From an uncultured delta proteobacterium (GTDB taxonomy: Bacteria; Desulfobacterota; Desulfomonilia; Desulfomonilales; Desulfomonilaceae), in the NCBI GenBank assembly GCA_963789265.1, contig CAWBKB010000006.1:128001-192000 (forward strand): DNA of 64,000 nt, read 5' to 3'. Of this stretch, positions 21,632 through 30,766 are shown piece by piece (positions within the stretch are counted from its first letter, which is position 1; every line of letters begins with the position of its first letter). The notes below the pieces were generated by a model that was not told where the DNA came from, searched no databases, and saw only the letters and a list, made by a program, of their open reading frames with translations. The position numbers were made by a program, and so were the translations under genes.

Positions 21632-21674
21632 TGCAAATTGCAAATATGATACCTCCCAAGGGTGCATGTTGCAA
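21632..21674. promoter_or_regulatory. Two TGCA-N3-TTGCAA palindromic boxes, putative activator enhancer sites
   Basis: tgcaaattgcaa (21632-21643) and tgcatgttgcaa (21663-21674), about 80-120 bp upstream of the sigma54 promoter. Confidence 0.55.
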
Positions 21675-21751
21675 CCGGTTTGGCCCCTGATGGCCATCCG
21701 AGTAGAACACGGCTAGCTACCAAAACCTGCCAAATAGCCGTGAAAAGAAGA

Positions 21752-21768
21752 TTGGCACAAAAGTTGCT
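21752..21768 (+). promoter_or_regulatory. Sigma54 -24/-12 promoter
   Basis: TTGGCAC-AAAAG-TTGCT matches the consensus, 22 bp before the ATG at 21791. Confidence 0.85.
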
Positions 21769-21790
21769 CCACTTGCTCGTGGGTGAAAAA

Positions 21791-22153
21791 ATGAGACTGG
21801 CTGTGCCCGAACATCAGGGGAGAATAGCCCCCGTCTTCGACTGTTGCAGACGATTGATAATCGTCTTGCAGCGCCCGCTGGAGGATGAGCTGCTCCAAAA
21901 CGAGGACTGGTCATCCGTCTCCAGGCTGTATCGGCCGGCCCGGCTGGTGGACCTCAAGGTGGAATTGCTGGTGTGCGGCGGCATCAGTTGCTGGATGGAG
22001 GAACAGATTCGGCGACACGGCTTACGCTTGATTCCATGGGTTGCCGGAAACGTTCGGGAAGTCTTGGCCGCTTTGAGAGAGGGCAGGATCTGTGATCCTT
22101 GCTACACCATGCCCGGACGAGGGAAATGCAGGAGGAGAGGCCCGATAACATGA
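21791..22153 (+). CDS. NifB/NifX-like (Fe-Mo cofactor-binding family) protein
   Basis: MRLAVP..GRIAPVFD..VELLVCGGIS..PWVAG. Confidence 0.75.
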   Translation: MRLAVPEHQGRIAPVFDCCRRLIIVLQRPLEDELLQNEDWSSVSRLYRPARLVDLKVELLVCGGISCWMEEQIRRHGLRLIPWVAGNVREVLAALREGRICDPCYTMPGRGKCRRRGPIT

Positions 22154-22178
22154 AATCAATGGAGAAAGGAGCATAATC

Positions 22179-22505
22179 ATGCCCGGATTCGATAGAACAG
22201 GCCCATTTGGACACGGTCCCCGAAGCGGATGGGGCGCAGGTCTCTGCGGTGCGTCGGCACGTAGAGGGACCAGCGTATCAGAAGGTGATTCCCGTGGAAT
22301 CGGCCGTGGTGGGGCTCCTCGGGGCGGAGGAAGAGGTCGCTGCTTCGGTGGTCGAGGCACACGGTGGGGCTCGGGCCCTTTTGCCGGCGCGGCTCCTTTG
22401 TCTTCAACAGAGGAAACCGAAGCTCTGAAGGCCCAATTGGCAGCCAGGAAGAATGAACTGGCAGCCATGAAAGCTCGCCTGGAGGAGCTGGAGAAAAAAG
22501 AATAG
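22179..22505 (+). CDS. DUF5320-type Gly/Arg-rich protein
   Basis: MPGFDRTGPFGHGPRSGWGAGLC N-terminus and C-terminal coiled coil; AAGGAG RBS. Confidence 0.8.
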   Translation: MPGFDRTGPFGHGPRSGWGAGLCGASARRGTSVSEGDSRGIGRGGAPRGGGRGRCFGGRGTRWGSGPFAGAAPLSSTEETEALKAQLAARKNELAAMKARLEELEKKE

Positions 22506-22709
22506 GCAAGTTAGGGGGAGTCTTTCGGAGTCATGGGAGACTCGGAATTGGCAACCGGGTAAGCACTAATTCCAGGACGGGCTCCCATGGCCCCAAATTT
22601 CATTATTGATACCGGTTCACTACATCGCCGGCGGGTTGGTCGAGGGGTCGAATCTTCTCGGCCGCACCGAGCGGCAACGAAGAACTCAACGCGGGTAGGG
22701 ACAATAAAC

Positions 22710-23621
22710 ATGAACAAAGACGATAGCTGTTCAACCAAGGCTTCTTGCGGAGCGTGTTCCTCGGCTGGAACTTGCGATTCGCAGACGCAAGAGCAGCATA
22801 CTGAGGAACTCTTGAAAGCAAGGCTAGCTGAAATAAAACATCGCATCGCAGTCATGAGCGGCAAAGGCGGAGTGGGCAAGAGCACTGTGGCCGTAAATCT
22901 CGCCATGGCCCTGGCAGCACAGGGAAAGTCCGTTGGAATACTGGATGCTGACGTACACGGCCCGAACGTTCCCAAGATGCTGGGCCTTGACGGCCGGCGG
23001 CCTATGATGGGGGAAAGTGGGCTCATCCCTATTGTTGCGGCCAATAATGTGCGAGTTATGTCCATGGCCTTCATGCTGCCCGACGAGGACACTCCTGTAG
23101 TGTGGCGAGGTCCTGTAAAGCATACACTCTTCAAGCAGTTCCTGGCAGAAGTGGATTGGGGAAAGCTCGACTACCTCATCGTAGATCTTCCGCCGGGGAC
23201 CGGCGACGAACCTTTGAGCATTGCCCAACTGTTGGGCAAGCCCTTGTGGGCGGTTGTCGTGACCACACCGCAAGATGTCGCTCTTCTGGATTCACGAAAA
23301 TCAGTTGTCTTTGCACGCAATGTTGACATGAACCCATTGGGAATCGTCGAAAACATGAGCGGCCTGGTCTGTCCACACTGTGGCGAACGGATCGACCTTT
23401 TCAAGACAGGCGGAGGAGAGAGGTCCGCACGGGATTTGATGGTGCCGTTTCTCGGAGCCATTCCTATCGACCCGACAGTGGTGACCGGCGGAGATGCGGG
23501 AATCCCAGTATCTGTGATGAATTCCGATTCAGGCACTTCGAAGGCGTTTCGTACTCTCGCAATCGAAATTCAGACGGCAATCGAGGGCGACACAACCGGA
23601 AAAGTCCAGATCTCGGCGTAA
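22710..23621 (+). CDS. Mrp/NBP35 family Fe-S carrier ATPase
   Basis: N-terminal Cys cluster, SGKGGVGKS, DLPPGTGD and ENMS..CPHC motifs. Confidence 0.93.
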   Translation: MNKDDSCSTKASCGACSSAGTCDSQTQEQHTEELLKARLAEIKHRIAVMSGKGGVGKSTVAVNLAMALAAQGKSVGILDADVHGPNVPKMLGLDGRRPMMGESGLIPIVAANNVRVMSMAFMLPDEDTPVVWRGPVKHTLFKQFLAEVDWGKLDYLIVDLPPGTGDEPLSIAQLLGKPLWAVVVTTPQDVALLDSRKSVVFARNVDMNPLGIVENMSGLVCPHCGERIDLFKTGGGERSARDLMVPFLGAIPIDPTVVTGGDAGIPVSVMNSDSGTSKAFRTLAIEIQTAIEGDTTGKVQISA

Positions 23622-23690
23622 TCGAAGCCTCAAGCCGAGACCGAATACACCGGCAGAAATATCATCTACATTTCAGAGGAGATACCAAGT

Positions 23691-24071
23691 ATGCAAAAGA
23701 CAGTAGCTATCCCATCCATGAATCCTGGTGGGCTTGAGGCCATGAGGGCAGGGCACTTCGGACACTGCGAGGTTTTCACACTTGTTCATGTAGAAGACGG
23801 TGAAGTCCGAGACGTAACTGTGGTGCAAAATCCACCTCACGTCCAGGGCGGGTGTCAGGGGCCGGTAAACCTTCTTCACCAAAGCGGCGCTCATGCAATT
23901 GTCGTCGGCGGCATCGGCATGCGGCCTCTCATGGGATTTCAGCAGATGGGGATTGAAGTCTATTACGGGCCCGAAGGGGAAACAGTCGGCACAGTGGTGG
24001 ATCACCTCATCCAGGGCCGCCTTCAACTGATTGCGGAGAACCAGGTTTGCGGCGGCGGCTTCATGCCGTGA
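23691..24071 (+). CDS. NifB/NifX family protein
   Basis: HFGHCEVF, HVQGGC and GGIGMRP motifs. Confidence 0.85.
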   Translation: MQKTVAIPSMNPGGLEAMRAGHFGHCEVFTLVHVEDGEVRDVTVVQNPPHVQGGCQGPVNLLHQSGAHAIVVGGIGMRPLMGFQQMGIEVYYGPEGETVGTVVDHLIQGRLQLIAENQVCGGGFMP

Positions 24072-24087
24072 AGCCAAGGAGACAACG

Positions 24088-24447
24088 ATGAAGATCGCGA
24101 TTACTTCCACGGGGAGAGAACTGGACTCACCCGTTGACCCCCGCTTCGGGAGGGCTCAGTACATCCTGATCGTGGAGCAAGACGGCACTCTGGTTGAGAC
24201 AGTAGACAATTCCCAGAGGTTCAATGCACTGAGCGGAGCCGGAATCCAAGCAGGGAAACTGCTCGCAGACCGGAAGGTTGATATTCTGATCACCGGCCAC
24301 TGCGGCCCCAATGCCTTCAAAACGCTTAAGGCTGCGGGAATCAAGGTGGTGGTAGAGCAATCCGGTTCGGTGAGGGAGGCTTTGGAACGTTTTCAAAGCG
24401 GGACAGTAGCATTCTCCAGTCAGCCTAACGTGGAGGCCCATTGGTAG
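24088..24447 (+). CDS. NifB/NifX family protein (Orange protein-like)
   Basis: MKIAITS..VDPRFGRA, GAGIQA, ITGHCGPNA and PNVEAHW. Confidence 0.88.
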   Translation: MKIAITSTGRELDSPVDPRFGRAQYILIVEQDGTLVETVDNSQRFNALSGAGIQAGKLLADRKVDILITGHCGPNAFKTLKAAGIKVVVEQSGSVREALERFQSGTVAFSSQPNVEAHW

Positions 24448-24828
24448 TCGGCTGGAGCCTGTTAATCTGTCCAGTCGCATATAGTGCCCTCCCGTCGACA
24501 GGGATGGAAAAGGTTGAGCTAAGTTTCTCTACCCTTAATTGATGGTTCGGCCTTTTCTCATCCCATGTGACTACAAATCCCCACTCGGGGGAGTAGCCGG
24601 ACGTCTTCGAGCGGTTTTCGAAAGAATTATTGTCTTACCCAATGCGTGTTGGCATCCGGTTAACATTGGTGGGACAGGCTTCCAGCCTGTCGCTGACGGA
24701 CGGGCAAGATGCCCATCCCCACTGCAAGATGCCTGTCGCCACCAAAACATCCTTGTTCCGGTGATTACTTTTGGGAATCACTGGAACAAGGGTGCACGAT
24801 TAGCCGTTAATCAGCGAGTAGCGAAAGT

Positions 24829-25698
24829 ATGATTGTAAGTGTTGCAAGCGGAAAAGGCGGCACAGGAAAAACTACTGTTGCGACGAGCCTTGCGGCGGTT
24901 CTGGGAAGCCGATCTCAGCTTCTCGACTGTGACGTGGAGGAGCCCAATTGCCACGTCCTCATGAAGCCGATCATTCGGACGAGCGAAGTGGTAAACGTTC
25001 CGGTTCCCGTCGTGGAAATGGAAAAATGCACCCTGTGCGGCAAATGCGGAGAAGTATGTCGTTTTAGCGCAATCGTTCACATCGGCGACCAAGTACTCAC
25101 TTTCCCTGAGCTGTGTCACGGCTGTGGTGGATGCTCACTTCTTTGCCCTGAAAAAGCTATCCACGAAGGTGCCCGGGAACTTGGGGTCCTTGAATCCGGA
25201 TCGGCAGGACCGGTCGAGTTTGTTCAAGGAGTGCTCAGGATCGGAGAATCCATGTCTCCTCCGCTTATAAGAGCGGTGAAGTCAAGAATCAATCCCGAGA
25301 AAATAGCCATTCTCGATGCCCCTCCCGGCGCCTCGTGCCCGGTGATCAACACTGTCTCCGGCTCTGATTTCATCATTATGGTGACCGAGCCTACTCCATT
25401 CGGGGTACACGATTTGGACATGGCCGTCCGGGCGGTCGCTCAGCTCAACATTCCCATCGGAGTGGTATTGAACCAAGCGGACATCGGAGACACGGAAGTG
25501 GAATCCTTTTGCGCTCGGCAGGGTATCCCGATCCTTGCAAGAATTCCCCACAACCGAAAGATCGCGGAAGGGTATGCAAGAGGAGATCTGCTTGTAACGT
25601 CGGCTCCCAACCACATAAGTCTGTTCCTGGAAATGATTCAGACCATCCAAAGTCTGATCGGCAACCGGGAAAAAGCGGTCGGCATGGGTGTTCTATGA
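24829..25698 (+). CDS. MinD-like P-loop ATPase with inserted 2x4Fe-4S domain
   Basis: SGKGGTGKT, DCDVEEPN, two CxxCxxCxxxC motifs, DAPPG..CP and VTEPT. Confidence 0.9.
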   Translation: MIVSVASGKGGTGKTTVATSLAAVLGSRSQLLDCDVEEPNCHVLMKPIIRTSEVVNVPVPVVEMEKCTLCGKCGEVCRFSAIVHIGDQVLTFPELCHGCGGCSLLCPEKAIHEGARELGVLESGSAGPVEFVQGVLRIGESMSPPLIRAVKSRINPEKIAILDAPPGASCPVINTVSGSDFIIMVTEPTPFGVHDLDMAVRAVAQLNIPIGVVLNQADIGDTEVESFCARQGIPILARIPHNRKIAEGYARGDLLVTSAPNHISLFLEMIQTIQSLIGNREKAVGMGVL

Positions 25699-26561
25699 AA
25701 GAATTGGTCCTGATCAGCGGTAAGGGCGGGACAGGCAAGACGACGCTCACTGCGGCCTTCGCATATCTAGCTCGAAACAAAGTTCTTGCCGATTGCGATG
25801 TGGATGCCCCGGACCTGCATATTCTTGCACAGCCCGAAATCATCCAAAGAGAAGACTTTCGAGGCGGGATCAAGGCGTATATCGACGGCCAGAAGTGCGT
25901 TCAGTGCGGGGCCTGCATCGAGGGGTGCCGCTTCAAGGCCATTTCCGATGAATTTCACGTGAATCCGTTGGCTTGTGAAGGTTGTGGAGTCTGCTCTCAT
26001 CTTTGTCCTGAGTCGGCAATAATATTGAAAGAAGCCGTGAATGGCACCTGGTACATTTCTCAAACACGTTTCGGACCCATGGTTCACGCTTCGTTGTTTC
26101 CCGGCGAGGAGAATTCGGGCAAATTGGTCGCACTGGTGCGAAATCAGGCAAAAGTACTGGCCGGGAAAAGGCAAAGCAAATTAATACTTGTGGATGGGGC
26201 GCCCGGGGTCGGTTGCCCCGTGATTTCATCGGTCACTGGAGCGGATCATGTCATCATAGTCACAGAGCCGACGCTCTCCGGGCTCCACGATATGAAACGT
26301 GCGTTGCAGCTAGTCCAGGGCTTCAGGATTCATGCATCGGTCATCATCAACAAATGGGACATAAATCCTGAGGTAACAGAGCGGATCGAAGAATCATCCG
26401 AAAGAAAAGGCGCTAATGTCGTCGGCCGCATTCCGTACGATCCTGATGTCGTCAAGGCGCTGGTACAGAGGCGATCTGTCGCCGAAAATGGAACTTCTCC
26501 GGCAGCGGACAGCATCCGAGAGATATGGGACCGGCTTGAAGCCGATTTTTTCGTGGAGTAA
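25695..26561 (+). CDS. MinD-like P-loop ATPase with inserted 2x4Fe-4S domain (paralog)
   Basis: MKELVLISGKGGTGKT, DCDVDAPD, two ferredoxin motifs and GEENSGKLV. Confidence 0.9.
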   Translation: MKELVLISGKGGTGKTTLTAAFAYLARNKVLADCDVDAPDLHILAQPEIIQREDFRGGIKAYIDGQKCVQCGACIEGCRFKAISDEFHVNPLACEGCGVCSHLCPESAIILKEAVNGTWYISQTRFGPMVHASLFPGEENSGKLVALVRNQAKVLAGKRQSKLILVDGAPGVGCPVISSVTGADHVIIVTEPTLSGLHDMKRALQLVQGFRIHASVIINKWDINPEVTERIEESSERKGANVVGRIPYDPDVVKALVQRRSVAENGTSPAADSIREIWDRLEADFFVE

Positions 26562-26566
26562 GACTT

Positions 26567-26887
26567 GTGAACGTGTTTGACCTTGAAGAGGAAGTCCGAC
26601 AGGCCTTGGCCCAAGTCATTGACCCCGAGACAGGCTTGAGTATCATGCGCATGGACCTCATTCACAATGTTGAAGCAACGCGGGACGGATCGGTGAGCCT
26701 GATCTTCCGCCCTTCTTCGCCTATTTGTCCGATGGCGTATTCCTTGGCGAATTCCGTCAAAAAGAAAGTCGAGGCAATAAAGCACGTAAAGTCGGTCAAA
26801 ATAGCCGTAGAAAACTTTGAGAAGGCCGAGCACCTGGAGGGCCTTTTGAATTCAGCGAATACTTATTTATATCGAAAGGATGGTTAA
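26567..26887 (+). CDS. DUF59 / Fe-S assembly (MIP18-like) protein
   Basis: VIDPETGLSI..MDLI..PSSPICP. Confidence 0.8.
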   Translation: MNVFDLEEEVRQALAQVIDPETGLSIMRMDLIHNVEATRDGSVSLIFRPSSPICPMAYSLANSVKKKVEAIKHVKSVKIAVENFEKAEHLEGLLNSANTYLYRKDG

Positions 26888-27132
26888 TGCCTATCTACGA
26901 ATACCGTTGTTCGGAATGCGGTCATGTGAGTGAGCTGCTCGTGGGAATCGGAAGAAACTCCGATGATCTCGTCTGTTCCTCTTGCGGCGGATCACAGCTC
27001 GAACAACTCATGTCCGCATCGGCCTTTTCGATCAATAACGAGCCGGCCGGCCATGCCAAAGGCTCCACATGCTGTGGAAGCAATCCATCGAGCAAGGGTT
27101 GCATTCCGGGGAGTTGCTGCGGTTCTTCCTAA
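26887..27132 (+). CDS. FmdB-family zinc-ribbon protein
   Basis: MPIYEYRCSECGH..CSSCG with Cys-rich tail. Confidence 0.88.
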   Translation: MPIYEYRCSECGHVSELLVGIGRNSDDLVCSSCGGSQLEQLMSASAFSINNEPAGHAKGSTCCGSNPSSKGCIPGSCCGSS

Positions 27133-27571
27133 CGCCGCGGGATTAACTTCGTGAAGATAGCGCGAGCGAAGTTAGTCGGCACTACAGTGAGCTGCCTTGA
27201 AAATTGCGGAGCACCTGGGCATAGCATCACACGCGCTGACTTAACCGCGCGCGGAACACGGGGTTCCTCATAGGTGCTTGAATCTGTGGCGCAGACTTTC
27301 CAGTCGGCGGTTTCCTGTCTGAGATTAGGCGGACTGGAAAGTCCGCCCCACGAATCCAAGCGTCCCTATGGGAAGCGGAAACCGGTACATGATTGGTCGC
27401 TAACCCGGCAATCCCGCGTTCTGCGCGGGACCGGGCTACTCTCTGGAGCCCGCCTTGGGCTCGCAAGATTGCGAAGGATGCCTTATTTTAACGGCTATGT
27501 GATGCAGCCCCCTAAAGCAGGAAAGCCACTGAGGTTTGGTAGCCCCCATCATATCCAGTAAGGTCAAAAAG

Positions 27572-27988
27572 ATGAGCAGGGAAAAAGAAGTTTTTGATGA
27601 TATTGAAGGACTGATTCTCGAAGAGGCCCGAAAGACCTATTCTCCCGCGGTCATAGATCATTTTTTGAATCCCAGGAACGTCGGCGAACTGGAAAACCCC
27701 GATTGCTTCAATGCAATGAGCGGGATTTGCGGTGACACCATAGGGATTTACGTTAGACTTGATGAAGGTACAATCAAGCGCATCAGCTTCGTCACGAACG
27801 GGTGCGGCCCGACGATCGCCTGTTCGAGTGCGTTAACGTGCATGGCAGAGGGACTGAAGATTCAGGAAGCCCTGAAAATCACGAGTAGCAAACTGATGGA
27901 ATACCTCGGCGGCATGCCGGTGGAGCACACCCATTGCGCGGATCTGGCGGTGAATACTCTCCGCAGTGCCCTTGCAAAGGCCAGGTGA
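27572..27988 (+). CDS. NifU/IscU N-terminal-like scaffold protein
   Basis: DHFLNPRNVG, GICGD, GCGPTIAC and HTHCA motifs. Confidence 0.88.
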   Translation: MSREKEVFDDIEGLILEEARKTYSPAVIDHFLNPRNVGELENPDCFNAMSGICGDTIGIYVRLDEGTIKRISFVTNGCGPTIACSSALTCMAEGLKIQEALKITSSKLMEYLGGMPVEHTHCADLAVNTLRSALAKAR

Positions 27989-27991
27989 TAC

Positions 27992-28792
27992 ATGAGACTG
28001 AGGAAACGCATCATCGACATTCTTGAACCGTTGTGCGCAAGTCATGCGATTGGGGACGTGCGCATCGGGCTCGGGTACACGGCAGTCCAGCTCGATGACG
28101 GCAGCACCGGTGTCGCGTACACACTCGGAAGAGAGCTGTTCAGAGGCTGCACTGCGTTTGCCGGAAAAAGGCCCATTGCAGGCATACAGGCAACGGAAGC
28201 TCTTCACTATCTCAATTCCGAGGGTCTTGTGGAATCCGCTCTAGGGCTGGCGACGGCAAACGCAATGGCCAACCGGCTTTCTTCGAGCGGTATGACGGGC
28301 GATGTCTTGAAGGCCGTAGAGCTACTGTCAACTGACGCTGTTGCCATGATAGGGTTCTTTGCGCCATTGGTTTCGGCGCTCCAGGATCGGGTCGCGGACC
28401 TTGAGATCTTCGAGGAACGTACCGGGCTGATGCCGCATCTTCGGCCTTCTACCGAGGCGATTTCCGCGATGCCAAAGTATGATGTGGCATTCATCACGTC
28501 CACAACCATCATTAACGATACCGTCGACGATTTACTGGAAGCGGCCCGAGACTGTCGTGAGATTGTTCTCCTCGGCCCGTCTACTCCGTTGATTGCGGAA
28601 GCGTTTGAGGGCACTGCGGTAACATGCCTGTCAGGGGTTATTGTTGACGACGCCGACGGACTGTTGAGAGTGGTGAGCGAAGGTGGTGGTACCCGTCTTT
28701 TCCAACCCTTTGTCACGAAGCGAAATATTGCACTCCAGGGCCATCTTGCAGAAGCATCCACGGTGATTCGCCGTTCGGCGAAAAATACCTGA
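27992..28792 (+). CDS. DUF364 (Rossmann-like) protein
   Basis: VRIGLGYTAV, LGLATANA, MIGFF, IINDT and LLGPSTPL motifs. Confidence 0.82.
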   Translation: MRLRKRIIDILEPLCASHAIGDVRIGLGYTAVQLDDGSTGVAYTLGRELFRGCTAFAGKRPIAGIQATEALHYLNSEGLVESALGLATANAMANRLSSSGMTGDVLKAVELLSTDAVAMIGFFAPLVSALQDRVADLEIFEERTGLMPHLRPSTEAISAMPKYDVAFITSTTIINDTVDDLLEAARDCREIVLLGPSTPLIAEAFEGTAVTCLSGVIVDDADGLLRVVSEGGGTRLFQPFVTKRNIALQGHLAEASTVIRRSAKNT

Positions 28793-28851
28793 CCGACCTG
28801 CCACTGGATTAGAACTCGCCTAATCCTGCACATAATAATGAAGGTGTGAGA

Positions 28852-29268
28852 ATGAAGAAAGCTTCTGAAAATGCGAGGCTCAGGGCAATCGTGTTGGCAG
28901 ATGAGCCGCTACGGGCCTCAGACCTTGTTGAACGCCTCTCGAAACGGGGTATCTCTGCAACCGTGAGAACCGACGCTGACGAGGTCCTCGACGAATGCCG
29001 TAAGAATCCCCCGCAGCTTGTGATCGTCGAGAGCGCTTTGGCCACCATGACTGGAGTTCGCTTCCTGGCGGAGTTGCTTAAGGTTTCGTGGAAGACCGCC
29101 ACAATTCTTATAGCCGATCAAGAAGAGGAAGCCATTCACGACCAAACCGAAGGACTTGGAATTCTCGGCTCCATCAGGACGACGGACGACATCGAGGGGC
29201 TGGAGAGACTCCTCGACAGGTTTTTTGAAATTGCCTCGGCCAATCAGGAGATTACCGCTAAAGACTAA
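28852..29268 (+). CDS. Atypical receiver-domain protein
   Basis: Receiver-like pattern (PQLVIVE..MTGVRFL) with Glu at the usual phosphoacceptor Asp position. Confidence 0.6.
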   Translation: MKKASENARLRAIVLADEPLRASDLVERLSKRGISATVRTDADEVLDECRKNPPQLVIVESALATMTGVRFLAELLKVSWKTATILIADQEEEAIHDQTEGLGILGSIRTTDDIEGLERLLDRFFEIASANQEITAKD

Positions 29269-29507
29269 ATGGGCAACAGCGGACTAAGTTCAGAGTTTCA
29301 CAAGTACGGTGACGTCAAGACCCGGTAAGGGAGAAGATTGCTTCGCTACGCTCGCAATGACAGGTAGTGGAAATGTCATTGCGAGGAATGAAATGACGAA
29401 GCAATCTCCACGGTGAAGATCCGCGACCGTATCTACGAAAACCCGTACTAAGGAGATGACTTTCATTGCATAACTGGGCATTGCCACAAGGAACGGGAGG
29501 CACGACA

Positions 29508-29885
29508 ATGGGATCGAATTCGGTGTCTTTGGGCGACTTGATCGCAAGCGTTAAAGCACACCCGGAAATCGCACGAGCAGGTATGATACTGTGCCACAAT
29601 GGGATCGTGAGGGGGTCCGATCGCTCCGGTGCGAAACGCGTGCGTGCACTGAAGGTGGAAGTGGACCGCGCAGAGATAGACCGTATCCGATCTTGGGCTG
29701 AATCCCGGCCCGGGATTGTGGCCGTGGCAATCGAGGCATTTGAAGGTGAATTTCACGTTGGAGACGATCTGCTGTTCGTCGTCGTAGCTGGGGACGTTCG
29801 AGAAAATGTCTTTGCCGTCACTAGGGAGATTGTTGAAAGGATCAAGTCTGGCGCCGTGCATAAAACCGAGTCGTACGACGATTGA
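29508..29885 (+). CDS. moaE: Molybdopterin synthase catalytic subunit MoaE-like
   Basis: GMILCHNGIVRG, VGDDLL.VVVAGDVRENVF and KTE C-terminus. Confidence 0.8.
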   Translation: MGSNSVSLGDLIASVKAHPEIARAGMILCHNGIVRGSDRSGAKRVRALKVEVDRAEIDRIRSWAESRPGIVAVAIEAFEGEFHVGDDLLFVVVAGDVRENVFAVTREIVERIKSGAVHKTESYDD

Positions 29886-30128
29886 TTAAGTTCATCGGTT
29901 CAGACGATCCAGGATCTCATGCCGGTTCGCTTTCCAGCAAGTTACGCCGAGTTTCCGGTAGGGGCGGGTTTCAAACCCGTCCTTACATATCGTCACGCCC
30001 GCGTACGTGGGAGTCAATAGTGGGGGCAGACCTATGTGTCCGCCCCCACTTTTTCACGGTGAAGAAAAATCGCAAGAAAACGCCGGATACAGGGACCCAC
30101 GATGAAATCCAAACCGGAGGGAATCTCA

Positions 30129-30536
30129 ATGAAAGACCACGTGAACCGAGCTAAGGGCAAGTTGGAAGCGGTTGAACCGTTAATGTGTGACAGGTGCGGT
30201 TCGAACATCCCTGGAGGAGAAGGTCGGGATTATTACGGCAAACTTTTGTGTGAAGACTGCTATATGGACGCTCTCTCTCCCACTCGCACGTGCGATCCGT
30301 GGGCTGTGCACAGCGCAAAAAAGTTGGGAGACAAGACCGGCGGCCTGGAAACAAGCCCGCTCCAGAAAAAGATCTTAGACGTTTTGACTGAAACAGGCGG
30401 AATGGAGCCCGCGGACTTGGCCCGGCGTCTGGAAATAGAGCCTGTTGAATTGAATCGGGAAACTGCTGCTTTACGGCACATGGAAATGGTCAGAGGCGAA
30501 CTCAGGGAAGGTAGGAAGTACATCGTCTTGTGGTAA
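30129..30536 (+). CDS. Hypothetical zinc-finger plus winged-HTH protein
   Basis: CDRC..LCEDCY..CDPWAV followed by an HTH-like region (ALRHMEMVRG). Confidence 0.65.
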   Translation: MKDHVNRAKGKLEAVEPLMCDRCGSNIPGGEGRDYYGKLLCEDCYMDALSPTRTCDPWAVHSAKKLGDKTGGLETSPLQKKILDVLTETGGMEPADLARRLEIEPVELNRETAALRHMEMVRGELREGRKYIVLW

Positions 30537-30567
30537 CGATTCGGCAACCGTGATTTGGTGCGAAATT

Positions 30568-30762
30568 ATGAATGAAACGCTGATGAGAAAATTCCATTGC
30601 CTGAAATGTAATTACGAGTGGGAAGTACCTTTCGGGGGAGGTCGGCAACTCGTTTGCCCAAGATGTAGAAGCATGAATATTCACAGAACAAATCCCGGAA
30701 CAAGACCGCGGCGTTGTTGTGGGCCACGCGGAAGAATGGTCAAGCGGGAAGGATCCGATTGA
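30568..30762 (+). CDS. Small zinc-ribbon protein
   Basis: FHCLKC.YEWEVPFG..CPRCRS.NIHR. Confidence 0.65.
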   Translation: MNETLMRKFHCLKCNYEWEVPFGGGRQLVCPRCRSMNIHRTNPGTRPRRCCGPRGRMVKREGSD

Positions 30763-30766
30763 GCGG

